Shown here: piece after piece, positions 16,784-25,370 of the stretch
Numbering within the stretch: position 1 is the stretch's first letter
How the letters are laid out: each line of letters opens with the position of its first letter
Source of the DNA: Chlamydiales bacterium
GTDB lineage: Bacteria; Chlamydiota; Chlamydiia; Chlamydiales; SM23-39
Length of the DNA: 28,166 nucleotides
Reading direction: 5' to 3'
NCBI GenBank assembly: GCA_035287065.1
Contig: DATECD010000153.1
Location: 1-28,166 of the forward strand
Translations under genes and position numbers: made by a program
The notes under the pieces: model-generated
Databases searched by the model: none
What the model was told of the DNA's origin: nothing
Seen by the model: only the letters and a program-made list of their open reading frames with translations

Positions 16784-18184
16784 ATGCAAACAAAAAAAAT
16801 ATCCCTTTTCTCCCTGATTATGTTGATCGTTGCATCGATCGATAGTATTCGCAATCTCCCTTCTGCTGCTCTTTTTGGAAGCGCTTTAGTCTTTTTTTTT
16901 ATCGTCTCAAGCATTGTTTTCCTGGTTCCTACAGCGCTTGTCTCTGCAGAGTTAACGGCGTCTTATCCCGATAAAGGGGGTGTCTATTATTGGGTCTATC
17001 GCGCATTAGGTGAGAAAGCGGCGCTACTTGCTATTTGGATGCAGTGGATCAATACGATGGTCTGGTATCCGACTATTCTTTCTTTTATTGCCGCAACGGC
17101 AAGTTATCTCATCGATCCCGCACTTGCTCAAAATAAAACATATTTGATCACGTTGATCTTAGGGGTCTTCTGGTTTATGACATTGGTTAATTTTAAGGGG
17201 CTCCATTTTTCTGCAAAGATCAATAGTTTTTGCGGCATGATTGGAACGGTGATCCCGATGACTTTTTTAATTGGACTTGGGGCGATTTGGTTTTTTTCGG
17301 GAAAACCTCTCCATATTTCTTTAAGTGCAAACCAATTGATCCCCTCTTTAGCAGACTCAACGAACTGGATTTCTCTCATTGCCATTATGGCCTCTTTTCT
17401 TGGCATGGAGCTGACAGCTGTTCACGTAAACGATATCAATGAGCCGCAAAAAAAATATCCTCAGGCGGTGTTGCTCTCCTCCCTTTTCATTCTCATAACA
17501 ATGCTTTTTGGCTCTTTAGCAATTGCCTTTGTTCTCCCGGCAGAAAAGATCAATCTCATTGCTGGAGTGATGCAGGTTCTCTCCTATTTCTTTGAAGAAT
17601 TTCACATGGGATTTTTAACGCCGGTTTTAAGTATTTGCATTGTCCTTGGACTGATGGGAAGTATCATCAACTGGCTGATTTCTCCTGCAAAAGGGCTCTT
17701 ACATGCAGCTGAGTTTGGCTATCTCCCCCCATTTTTCACCAAAAGAAATAAAAATGGAGCTCCGGTCTCTATTCTCCTTGCACAGGGAGTTGTCGTTAGT
17801 TTGCTTTGCATTGTTTTCCTCCTTGTGCCAAGCATCAATGGATTCTATTGGTTTTTGACAGCTCTTAGCACCGGTTTATACATGATCATGTATGTGCTGA
17901 TGTTTCTCTCTTTTTTCAAGCTGCGGAGAGCAAAAGATGCGGAAGGAAAGAATTTCCGAGTTCCTGGAGGGATGGTTGGCGTTTATCTATTAAGTTTTTT
18001 AGGATGTTTTGGATGTTTGATTACAATTATTGTGAGTTTTATTCCTCCCGACAACATTGAAGTGGGGTCCTCTCTTCGCTATGTCTTGATGGTTTTAGCT
18101 GCCAATCTTCTAGCCATCCTTCCCGTCTCTCTTTTGATCTTTTATAAGTCAAGACGGGGACTTATTCGCCAGGAGCTCTCGTAA
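16784..18184 (+). CDS. APC-superfamily amino-acid permease (GadC-like), 466 aa
   Basis: About 12 TM segments. 'SIDSIRNLPSAA', 'AELTASYPDKGGVYYWVYRALG', 'FLGMEL', 'PQKKYPQA', 'AEFGYLPPFFTKRNKNGAP', 'FRVPGG'. Confidence 0.92.
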   Translation: MQTKKISLFSLIMLIVASIDSIRNLPSAALFGSALVFFFIVSSIVFLVPTALVSAELTASYPDKGGVYYWVYRALGEKAALLAIWMQWINTMVWYPTILSFIAATASYLIDPALAQNKTYLITLILGVFWFMTLVNFKGLHFSAKINSFCGMIGTVIPMTFLIGLGAIWFFSGKPLHISLSANQLIPSLADSTNWISLIAIMASFLGMELTAVHVNDINEPQKKYPQAVLLSSLFILITMLFGSLAIAFVLPAEKINLIAGVMQVLSYFFEEFHMGFLTPVLSICIVLGLMGSIINWLISPAKGLLHAAEFGYLPPFFTKRNKNGAPVSILLAQGVVVSLLCIVFLLVPSINGFYWFLTALSTGLYMIMYVLMFLSFFKLRRAKDAEGKNFRVPGGMVGVYLLSFLGCFGCLITIIVSFIPPDNIEVGSSLRYVLMVLAANLLAILPVSLLIFYKSRRGLIRQELS

Positions 18185-19168
18185 AGAGGTAACGAGGTCT
18201 TTTACTTTTTGTGATTCGCCTTTGCGGCCAATGAAAATGGCGTCGTCTGTTTCAACGATTAAGAGGTCTTCTACACCAATTGTGGAGATGAGCCGTTTGT
18301 CGCTGATGATTAAGCTATTTTTCGTGTCTAGGGAGATGACGTTGCCGAACTTTACATTTTGGTTTTCATCCTTTTGCATCACATCGTAGACGCTATCCCA
18401 GCAGCCAACATCTGACCAGGTGACAGGAAGTGGACAGACAAGGGCATCTCGGCATTTTTCTAATACAGCGTAGTCAAATGAGATGTCTGGCATTTCAGAA
18501 AAGGAAAGATTTGCAATTTGGGGAGCAAATTCTTGAAGAATCTCCCAAAAATGGGAAACAGTACAGGCAAAAATTCCTGAATTCCAGTAGTAATTTCCTG
18601 AGAAAAGATAGCTTTTTGCTGTTTGTAAATCGGGCTTTTCGACAAAGCGTTTCACTTGATAGGTGAAATGATCAAATCGCTTGTCAATCTGTATATAACC
18701 GTAACCGGTCTCAGGTTTTGTTGGGCAAATTCCAAAAAGGAGAAGGTGGTTTTTTTGTACTAAAGGGTTCACTTCTTCTAGATATTCAACAAAAACCGAT
18801 TGGGGCTCAATTAAGTGATCGGAGGGGAGAATAAGGAGTGTGTCACTTTTACAAATCTTCCCTTTTTCTTCTAATATTTTGACGCTGAATGCGATAGCTG
18901 GAGCTGTGTTTTTTTTTGCTGGTTCAATGATGATTTCGATTTTTCCTGCTGCACCGATAGCCTCTAGTTGTTCTTCAACTAAAGGGGCGTATTGGCTATT
19001 TGTGGCAATGGAGATTGTTTTTGCAAGTTTGGAGTGAAGAAACCTAAGGACCGTCTTTTGCAAGAGGCTATTTTGATCCCCAAAGCGTAAAAATTGCTTT
19101 GGAAAATCTTGTCTAGAAAGAGGCCAAAGGCGAGTGCCTCCTCCTCCTGCTAAAATTAGGATGTGCAT
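18149..19168 (-). CDS. manC: Mannose-1-phosphate guanylyltransferase (GMP domain only, no C-terminal PMI cupin), about 339 aa
   Basis: 'ILAGGGGTRLWPLSRQDFPKQF', 'EPAKKNTAPAI', 'PSDH', 'PTKPETGYGYI', 'FVEKP', 'WNSG', 'ISFDYAVLEK', 'WSDVGCW'. Start 19168 (alternative 19186). Confidence 0.92.
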   Translation of the reverse strand: MHILILAGGGGTRLWPLSRQDFPKQFLRFGDQNSLLQKTVLRFLHSKLAKTISIATNSQYAPLVEEQLEAIGAAGKIEIIIEPAKKNTAPAIAFSVKILEEKGKICKSDTLLILPSDHLIEPQSVFVEYLEEVNPLVQKNHLLLFGICPTKPETGYGYIQIDKRFDHFTYQVKRFVEKPDLQTAKSYLFSGNYYWNSGIFACTVSHFWEILQEFAPQIANLSFSEMPDISFDYAVLEKCRDALVCPLPVTWSDVGCWDSVYDVMQKDENQNVKFGNVISLDTKNSLIISDKRLISTIGVEDLLIVETDDAIFIGRKGESQKVKDLVTSLRELLANKSPS

Positions 19169-20256
19169 TCTTTCACCCAATTGCAAAACTGCTCTTGAAA
19201 TCGGATGCGAGAAAAAGTCTCTGCATGGGCTCTAATTGTGGCTGCATCAAAATGATCTTGTATGGCTTCAAAACGCTTGACTGCGCAGATTAAAGAGAGT
19301 GCTGTCTGCTCATCAAAGAAAAGGCCTGTTTTTTCAGGGATGACCGTTTCTAAAAGAGCTCCTTTTCCATAGGCAATCACTGGAGTTCCACACCCTTGCG
19401 CTTCTACGGGTACAATGCCAAAATCTTCAATAGCAGCAAAGAGAAATGCTTTAGCTTTTTGCATAGTTTCTTTTAAGACTTCATTTGATTGATAGCCGAT
19501 GAGTTCTATATTTTTTGTTGCTTTTGCCTTTATTTTTTCCATTTCGGGACCATCGCCAATGACAACAAGCCGTTTGTCTGGCATTTGAGAAAAAGCTTCA
19601 ACGATGAGATCCATTTTCTTATAAGGCACCATTCGAGATGCAGTAAGGTAAAATTCCTCTTTTTTTGAACCCATTTTGTAAAAGTCTGTGTCTACTGGTG
19701 GGTAGATAACAGTTGATGTTCTTCCATATGTTTTTTGGATTCTTTTAGCGACATAGTGAGAGACAGCTCCGAAAGCATCTACTCTTGGGCTAGACTGTAA
19801 ATCCCACATCCTGAGGTAATGGAGAAAAAATTGCGCAAGTCTTCCTTTGATCCCTTTTAAAAATTTTGCTTCTTGGAGGTACTGATGATAAAGGTCCCAT
19901 GCGTAACGCATGGGGGTATAGCAATAGCAGAGGTGGGTTTGTTCAGCGTGGGTCAAAACTCCTTTTGCTACGCAGTGAGAGCAAGAGAGGATAAGATCGT
20001 AAGAGGAGAGGTCGAATTGTTCAATTGCAAGGGGATAAAAGGGGAGATAGGAGCGGTAACGCTTTAAAGATTGGGGAAATTTTTGGATGAAAGAGGAGTG
20101 AAACGTCTCATGTTCATAGGTTGTGCCTTGGATGCTATTTTGGCTATAGAGAAGAGTGTAAATCGGTGAGGGAAAAAGGGAATAAATGGCCTCAAAGGCT
20201 TTTTCCCCCCCTCCAGGAAGTTCTGCAAACCAGTCGTAAACAAGGGCTGTTTTCAT
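19156..20256 (-). CDS. Glycosyltransferase family 4, WbaZ-like (probable mannosyltransferase), 366 aa
   Basis: Start moved to 20256 (ATGA overlap with the GT9 stop). 'ALVYDW...GGGE', 'FDLSSYDLILSCSHCVAKG', 'CYCYTPMRYAWD', 'VIYPPVD', 'EDFGIVPVEAQGCGTPVIAYGKG'. Confidence 0.92.
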   Translation of the reverse strand: MKTALVYDWFAELPGGGEKAFEAIYSLFPSPIYTLLYSQNSIQGTTYEHETFHSSFIQKFPQSLKRYRSYLPFYPLAIEQFDLSSYDLILSCSHCVAKGVLTHAEQTHLCYCYTPMRYAWDLYHQYLQEAKFLKGIKGRLAQFFLHYLRMWDLQSSPRVDAFGAVSHYVAKRIQKTYGRTSTVIYPPVDTDFYKMGSKKEEFYLTASRMVPYKKMDLIVEAFSQMPDKRLVVIGDGPEMEKIKAKATKNIELIGYQSNEVLKETMQKAKAFLFAAIEDFGIVPVEAQGCGTPVIAYGKGALLETVIPEKTGLFFDEQTALSLICAVKRFEAIQDHFDAATIRAHAETFSRIRFQEQFCNWVKECTS

Positions 20257-21194
20257 TTTGTTAAAATCTTTTGCAACACATGATCTGGGAGAATGTTCTC
20301 TAGGCATATATTTCTTGTGCAAGGAGCGTAAGTTTTTCCATTATAACAGGGTCTACAAGGAAGGGACTCTCCTCCCCAAAGGAGATCAATGGTATCTTTT
20401 TTGCCGATCTTTTCCAAAGGGTTCGTTGGGCCAAAAAGGGCAATCGTAGGACATTTCGCAAGTTTTGCAAGGTGAAGTGGGCCACTATCATGCGTAACTA
20501 GGAGTTTTATCCCTTGCAAAAGGCTGATCAATTCTAAAAGAGAGAGCTTTCCAATCAAATTCTTGCAAGTGACCCCATCAAAGTGAGGCGTAACCCATGC
20601 ATCGGAATTACTCCCTGTTAAAATGATTGGAATTCCCCTTTTTTCTAATTCTTTGGCTAAAGTTACGTAGTGTTGAATTGGCCATCTTCGCAAGGCGTCA
20701 TCGGCAAGGGGATTTTTTGCGCCCCCCGGTGCAAGGACAATTGCCTTAGGATCTTGATATTTAGAAAAGGTAAGCTCTATTTGCGGGAGTTCCACCTGCA
20801 AATGGTCTTTTCCCGATGCAAGGCGCAAGATTTCAGAGCTGTGGTATTGTCCTGGAAGAGGGCAAAAAGATTTTCGTTTCTTTGCGAAGGTAAAACAAGA
20901 AATAAGTTGATATCGCCAGTCTGTATGGATAGTGAGAATGAGAGTAAATTTACGACCTGCAAGCTGTAAGACGACTTGAGAAAGCTCTATAAAACGTTGT
21001 GCCAGGGTGCCTTTAAAAAGGCGCTCTTCATCAACGACAATGAGTGTTTCTACTTTGCCTTGCAAAAGGGGGGCTGCTTGTTTTCCAATAACCCAGGTGA
21101 GGCGTTCATTGTGAAAATAGGTAAGAAGCGGCATCGCCATAACGACATCGCCAATTGCGCCAATTTTGACGATTAAGATTTTTTTTCTATCCAT
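20253..21194 (-). CDS. Glycosyltransferase family 9 (ADP-heptose:LPS heptosyltransferase-like), 313 aa
   Basis: 'ILIVKIGAIGDVV', 'LAPGG...RRWP', 'THDSGPLHLA...PTIALFGPTNP', C-terminal 'CRPC...C...CLENILPDHV'. Confidence 0.9.
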   Translation of the reverse strand: MDRKKILIVKIGAIGDVVMAMPLLTYFHNERLTWVIGKQAAPLLQGKVETLIVVDEERLFKGTLAQRFIELSQVVLQLAGRKFTLILTIHTDWRYQLISCFTFAKKRKSFCPLPGQYHSSEILRLASGKDHLQVELPQIELTFSKYQDPKAIVLAPGGAKNPLADDALRRWPIQHYVTLAKELEKRGIPIILTGSNSDAWVTPHFDGVTCKNLIGKLSLLELISLLQGIKLLVTHDSGPLHLAKLAKCPTIALFGPTNPLEKIGKKDTIDLLWGGESLPCRPCYNGKTYAPCTRNICLENILPDHVLQKILTK

Positions 21195-22135
21195 TTTTCT
21201 ATCTGAGAGTAGACCGAATCGATTGAAATGGCCTCATCTTTTCCAAAAAAAGTTCCTTTTGACGTCTCAGGATACCAAAGTTTTGTGTATTTCCGGTAAA
21301 GGACGGCAAATGGGACATCAAGAGCTGCTGCGAGATGAACTGGTACCGAATCGACAGAGACAACTCCGCAGCTTGCTTGCAAAGTTGCAACGAATAAATT
21401 CCAAGAGAGCTGTCCACAGAGACGATCTTCTTTTGCAACGCCAGCCTGTTCAATAAACGCCTCTTCTCTTGCTCCATGTCCTGTAAAGTAAACCGCGATC
21501 CCAGCTTTTTTGCACTTTTCATAAAGCTCTTTCCAAAAGTGGGGAGGGAATTCTTTATATTCCCCAGAAGAACAAGGGTGAAAGATGAGATAAGGCGCTT
21601 TATAGGGAAGTGGTATCTTAGGAATTGCAACTTGCGGTTGAACATGCCCTTCAATACCAAGTTTTTTGAGTAGATTGTCATATTGGATGGTGAGGTAGCG
21701 CTCTTCATCCCACGGTGCAATGACATTTAAAAGATGGCTATTTCCTCCAGTATCAAATCCAATGCGCAAAGGAATTTTTGCATGCCACAAGATTGATATG
21801 GAATTTGGAAAAAATGGATAGAGGTCAATTGCACAAGAATAATTTTTTTTAGCGATTTCTTTTGCAATTGCGCGGTTTTCTTTAAGGGTATAACGGATCC
21901 AAGTCCAAAGCTTGCTAGCAAGGGTAAGTCCAGGTTTACAAAGTACCATGGGAAGGCTTTCTACTTCATGAATCCAATCGATCCCTGCGCACGTTTCAAG
22001 TACTTTACGTGAGTTTTTGGAAACAAGAAAACCGATTTTTGCACTGGGAAAATGGGCTTTTAATAGGGGAATTACAGATGTTGCAAGTAGGACATCGCCT
22101 AAACTTGCCCAGTTGCAAAGGAGAATTCTTTCCAT
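21173..22135 (-). CDS. Glycosyltransferase family 9 (heptosyltransferase-like), about 320 aa
   Basis: 'ILLCNWASLGDVLL...LKAHFPSAKIGFLV', 'PLRIGF', 'FHP...KEFP', 'VSVDSVPVHLAAALDVP'. Start 22135 preferred; upstream in-frame starts exist up to 22255. Confidence 0.85.
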   Translation of the reverse strand: MERILLCNWASLGDVLLATSVIPLLKAHFPSAKIGFLVSKNSRKVLETCAGIDWIHEVESLPMVLCKPGLTLASKLWTWIRYTLKENRAIAKEIAKKNYSCAIDLYPFFPNSISILWHAKIPLRIGFDTGGNSHLLNVIAPWDEERYLTIQYDNLLKKLGIEGHVQPQVAIPKIPLPYKAPYLIFHPCSSGEYKEFPPHFWKELYEKCKKAGIAVYFTGHGAREEAFIEQAGVAKEDRLCGQLSWNLFVATLQASCGVVSVDSVPVHLAAALDVPFAVLYRKYTKLWYPETSKGTFFGKDEAISIDSVYSQIEKWIEKKS

Positions 22136-22274
22136 TGTATCTTTTTTTGGCCGAGCTGAAATCAAAAGATGGGAAGTCCGATGAACCATATCCATTAAAC
22201 TAGCCAAAAGTTGAATCTTCCATCCAAAACAGAGTAGATTGCGGGTTTTTCTCATGACACCAATATGTTCACAG

Positions 22275-22301
22275 GCAAATGTAAAGTGGTTTTACATTTG
22301 C
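22275..22301. promoter_or_regulatory. Perfect 11-bp inverted repeat (candidate operator or hairpin) between divergent glycosyltransferase genes
   Basis: GCAAATGTAAA (22275-22285), GTGGT spacer, TTTACATTTGC (22291-22301). Confidence 0.55.
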
Positions 22302-22376
22302 TAAAAATCAGAAACCATCATAATCGTCAGGTCTGTTTTTGACGATAATTGAGAGAAGGGGGTACCCTTTTTCTTT

Positions 22377-23309
22377 ATGGTTGGGACGGTAGTCAATTTT
22401 TGTACGAATGAGTTCCGTTTTCTTCGAGACTGCCTTGAGCAGGCGCTTTTATTTTCTGATGAAGTAGTTGCTGTGGCAGCTTCCCATTTTTTTGATGGGA
22501 CTTTAGAAAATAGAGAGCTTTTAGAAAAAATTTACACCGCTTTTCCCCAGGTCCAATTTGTAGAATATCCTTTTCTTCCTGCAGCCATTCCAAATTGGAT
22601 ATTTCATGAAGTGAATCTAGAAAACTTTTGGCATTGCCTTTCTAGATGGATCGGATTTTCCAAGCTAAGTAGCCGTGTGAAATGGGTCCTTTTTCTCGAT
22701 GCTGATGAAGTTGCTGATGGAAAAAGGTTCTCCGCCTGGATGAAAAGGGGTGAGTTTACTGAAGAGAAGGTGCTGAAGCTTGCCAACTATTGGTACTTTA
22801 GAGAGCCAATCTATAGAGCAAAATCTTTTGAAGATTCAGTTCTTTTTGTTTCGAAAGATCAAGTAACAGCAGATCTAATTCTCCATTCTCATGAGCGCGA
22901 CGCTCTTTATGATCTTTCCCGTAAGAAAAAGAAAAGGGGAGTCGTAGGGCTAGATGGCGCGCCGATGTTTCACCATTTCAGTTGGGTGCGGACAGAAGAG
23001 GAGATGCTGCGCAAAGTGAAAAGCTGGGGACATAAAAAAGACCGGAACTGGGAAGAACTTGTTCAAGAAGAATTTAGCTCCCCATTTAAAGGGGTTGATT
23101 TTGTGCATGGCTATGAATTTCAGACGGTTACAACTCCTTTTGCGCTAGATGGTTCCCTCCCTCTTCCTTCTTATCAAAAGAGAAATATCCAGAGACTTAG
23201 CGAAGAAGAAATGGTTTTTTTTGCGATGCAAAAACCCTTCCCTTCAGAAAAAAGAGGGTTTTGGCGTAAAATGGGTCGACTGCTTAAGGAAAGATGGCTG
23301 AGTGGCTGA
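22377..23309 (+). CDS. GT-A fold, GT2-like glycosyltransferase, 310 aa
   Basis: 'FLRDCLEQALLFSDEVVAV', 'WVLFLDADE' (DxD motif), 'FHHFSWVRTEEEMLRKVKSWGH'. The stop codon lies inside the downstream tRNA. Confidence 0.75.
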   Translation: MVGTVVNFCTNEFRFLRDCLEQALLFSDEVVAVAASHFFDGTLENRELLEKIYTAFPQVQFVEYPFLPAAIPNWIFHEVNLENFWHCLSRWIGFSKLSSRVKWVLFLDADEVADGKRFSAWMKRGEFTEEKVLKLANYWYFREPIYRAKSFEDSVLFVSKDQVTADLILHSHERDALYDLSRKKKKRGVVGLDGAPMFHHFSWVRTEEEMLRKVKSWGHKKDRNWEELVQEEFSSPFKGVDFVHGYEFQTVTTPFALDGSLPLPSYQKRNIQRLSEEEMVFFAMQKPFPSEKRGFWRKMGRLLKERWLSG

Positions 23310-23378
23310 AGGCACGTCCCTGCTAAGGACGCGTACTCACTAAAATGGGTACCGAGGGTTCAAATCCCTCTCTTTCCG
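23288..23378 (+). tRNA. tRNA-Ser(GCU), class II (long variable arm), CCA not encoded
   Basis: Acceptor GGAAAGA/TCTTTCC plus discriminator G. D-arm GCTGAGTGGCTGAAGGC. Anticodon stem CGTCC/GGACG with loop CT-GCT-AA (anticodon 23322-23324). Variable arm GTACTCACTAAAATGGGTAC. T-arm GAGGG-TTCAAAT-CCCTC. Confidence 0.97.
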
Positions 23379-23411
23379 TTTTTTTTTTCGTGCTGGTCAA
23401 AAAGTCAGCAC
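23379..23411 (+). terminator. Possible terminator/processing trailer after tRNA-Ser
   Basis: T10 run (23379-23388) directly after the tRNA, then hairpin GTGCTG-N10-CAGCAC (23390-23411). The arrangement is not a textbook intrinsic terminator. Confidence 0.3.
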
Positions 23412-23440
23412 TTCAGTCATTTTTAATATAAAGGTTTTTA

Positions 23441-24904
23441 ATGGCTGAAGGAGAAAAAAAGCTCCGTATTCCCCCAAACTCCAAAGAGTCAGAGATGATG
23501 GTCTTGGGTTGTATGCTAACAAGCATCAACGCTTTGAATATTGCCTGTGATAGTCTTTCTGAGATCGATTTTTATTATAATGAGCATCAGCTCATTTTCC
23601 AAATTTTAAAGACTGCTTATTGCACTGATAAACCTGCAGATATTCATCTTATTAGCGAAGAATTAAAACGGCAAAATAAGCTTGATGCAGCTGGCGGAGT
23701 GAGTTATCTGACCTCTCTTGCTCAATATGCGGGGACTTCGGCGTATATTGAAGAGTATGTCGAGCTTGTGCAGTCAAAATCGATCTTGCGCCGAATGATT
23801 CAAGCAGCGCAAAAAGTTGAAAAAAGAGCGCTAGAAGACCCCTCTGATGTACTCACAGCGCTTGATGAAGCGCAGGCTCAGTTTTTTCAAATCTCACAAG
23901 AAAACCAACATAGCCCTGGCGTTTCGATTAAAGACCTTCTCACGGGGGTAAAAGCGGAGTCGAAGCTCCCTTTTTTAAAAGAGCTGCAAGAGAGACAGCA
24001 AAAATTTTTAGAAAGAGACCCTACAGCGCCGCCCATTACAGGAGTCCCAACGCATTTCATCGATCTCGATCGACTTTTAAATGGCTTTAACCCTTCGAAT
24101 TTGATGATTCTTGCAGCAAGACCTGCAATGGGAAAAACAGCACTTGCAACAAGCATTGCAGAAAATATCTGCTTTCGCAGTCAGGTACCTGTAGCCATCT
24201 TTTCTTTGGAGATGAGCGCAGGGCAGCTTCTCCATAGGATTATTTGCTCTCAAGCGGAGATCGAATCGGAAAAAATTCAGACGGGTTCTTTGAGTGGAGC
24301 TGAGTACCAGCGCATTGTTTCTGTTGTGAATCGGCTGCAAAAACAGACGATGATCATCGATGATCAGCCGGGCTTAAAGATCACCGATCTTCGCGCCCGT
24401 GCGCGTAGGCTGAAAGAGGCTTATCAGATCGGCCTTATTGTCATTGACTATTTGCAATTGATTGCTGGATCGGGAAGCAACCGCTCTTCAGAAAATAGGC
24501 AGATGGAGATCTCAGAGATTTCCCGTACATTGAAGACGCTTGCACGAGAGCTCAATGTCCCGATTCTGTGTCTTGCACAGCTTTCTCGCAAAGTGGAAGA
24601 GAGGCAAGGCCATCGCCCCATGATGAGCGATCTTCGCGAATCGGGCTCATTAGAACAAGATAGCGACGTGGTGATGTTTTTGCTTCGGCGTGAGTACTAT
24701 GATCCGTACGATAAACCTGGATTAGCAGAACTCATCGTTGCAAAAAATCGCCACGGCGCTGTCGGAACCGTGAATCTAGCTTTCCGGAAAGACATCGCAC
24801 GGTTCGAGAACTTCACATCCCTTTCGGTATCGCACCCGTCCGGGGGCGGCAGTAACGGGGCGGAATCCGCAGTCAGTGGGCGCTACTCTTCGTCTGATGA
24901 ATAA
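23441..24904 (+). CDS. dnaB: Replicative DNA helicase DnaB, 487 aa
   Basis: 'PPNSKESEMMVLG', Walker A 'AARPAMGKT', 'FSLEMS', 'IDYLQL', 'LAQLSRKVE', 'SDLRESGSLEQDSD', 'IVAKNRHG'. No intein. Confidence 0.98.
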   Translation: MAEGEKKLRIPPNSKESEMMVLGCMLTSINALNIACDSLSEIDFYYNEHQLIFQILKTAYCTDKPADIHLISEELKRQNKLDAAGGVSYLTSLAQYAGTSAYIEEYVELVQSKSILRRMIQAAQKVEKRALEDPSDVLTALDEAQAQFFQISQENQHSPGVSIKDLLTGVKAESKLPFLKELQERQQKFLERDPTAPPITGVPTHFIDLDRLLNGFNPSNLMILAARPAMGKTALATSIAENICFRSQVPVAIFSLEMSAGQLLHRIICSQAEIESEKIQTGSLSGAEYQRIVSVVNRLQKQTMIIDDQPGLKITDLRARARRLKEAYQIGLIVIDYLQLIAGSGSNRSSENRQMEISEISRTLKTLARELNVPILCLAQLSRKVEERQGHRPMMSDLRESGSLEQDSDVVMFLLRREYYDPYDKPGLAELIVAKNRHGAVGTVNLAFRKDIARFENFTSLSVSHPSGGGSNGAESAVSGRYSSSDE

Positions 24905-25333
24905 AGGTTCTTCTTTTTTAGTTTTTAATGGTGGACCTTCTTGATCTGAATCTGAAAAAGAGTTGTTCGTAGCAAGAGAAGTCCTTGCTGTTGAAGAACA
25001 ACTATCAAAAGAACTTCGTTTGTCTGAAACCCAAGGCACAGTACTAGGACTAAAAGGCCTCACCACATAATAAGTGGGAGGTGTTGCCACGCAACAGGTT
25101 ATTGAGCTAGTGTCATGATCTTCTTCTTCCACTTCGCAAGATGAAGGAGGTTCAGAAGTAAAGGTGGGTAGTTTAAGTAAAGCAGAAAATTGCCGCTCTC
25201 TGAGTTGTTGAATTTGTTGGGTCTGTTGCTCTGCAAGGATGTTTCCCTTCGCCGTCGATGACAGAGGATATTTATAACGTTCTCCATCCTCTGTATCCAT
25301 CTGATTATTAGCGTATTTTGTAATTCCTGACAT
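24776..25333 (-). CDS. Hypothetical Ser/Thr/Glu-rich low-complexity protein (effector-like), 185 aa
   Basis: GGGAG SD upstream of ATG 25333 and a near-consensus promoter just upstream. No recognisable domain. The last 129 nt are antisense to the dnaB 3' end. Confidence 0.65.
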   Translation of the reverse strand: MSGITKYANNQMDTEDGERYKYPLSSTAKGNILAEQQTQQIQQLRERQFSALLKLPTFTSEPPSSCEVEEEDHDTSSITCCVATPPTYYVVRPFSPSTVPWVSDKRSSFDSCSSTARTSLATNNSFSDSDQEGPPLKTKKEEPLFIRRRVAPTDCGFRPVTAAPGRVRYRKGCEVLEPCDVFPES

Positions 25334-25370
25334 CTCTATCTCCCTGTTGCAAAGTAAAGAAATCCTATGT

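Noticed and set aside
15808-16789. Long N-terminal extensions on the two carriers as given by the ORF track (starts 15891 and 16789)
   Set aside because: The extensions overlap the neighbouring carrier gene or the permease start and intergenic region. An SD and coupling support 16663 and 15807.
23288-23378. tRNA-Ser as an integration site for a genomic island
   Set aside because: I found no duplicated tRNA 3' end, integrase or transposase in the window, and the downstream gene is core dnaB.
23441-24904. Intein in DnaB
   Set aside because: The length is 487 aa with contiguous helicase motifs. The only extra segment is short and lacks intein splice motifs.
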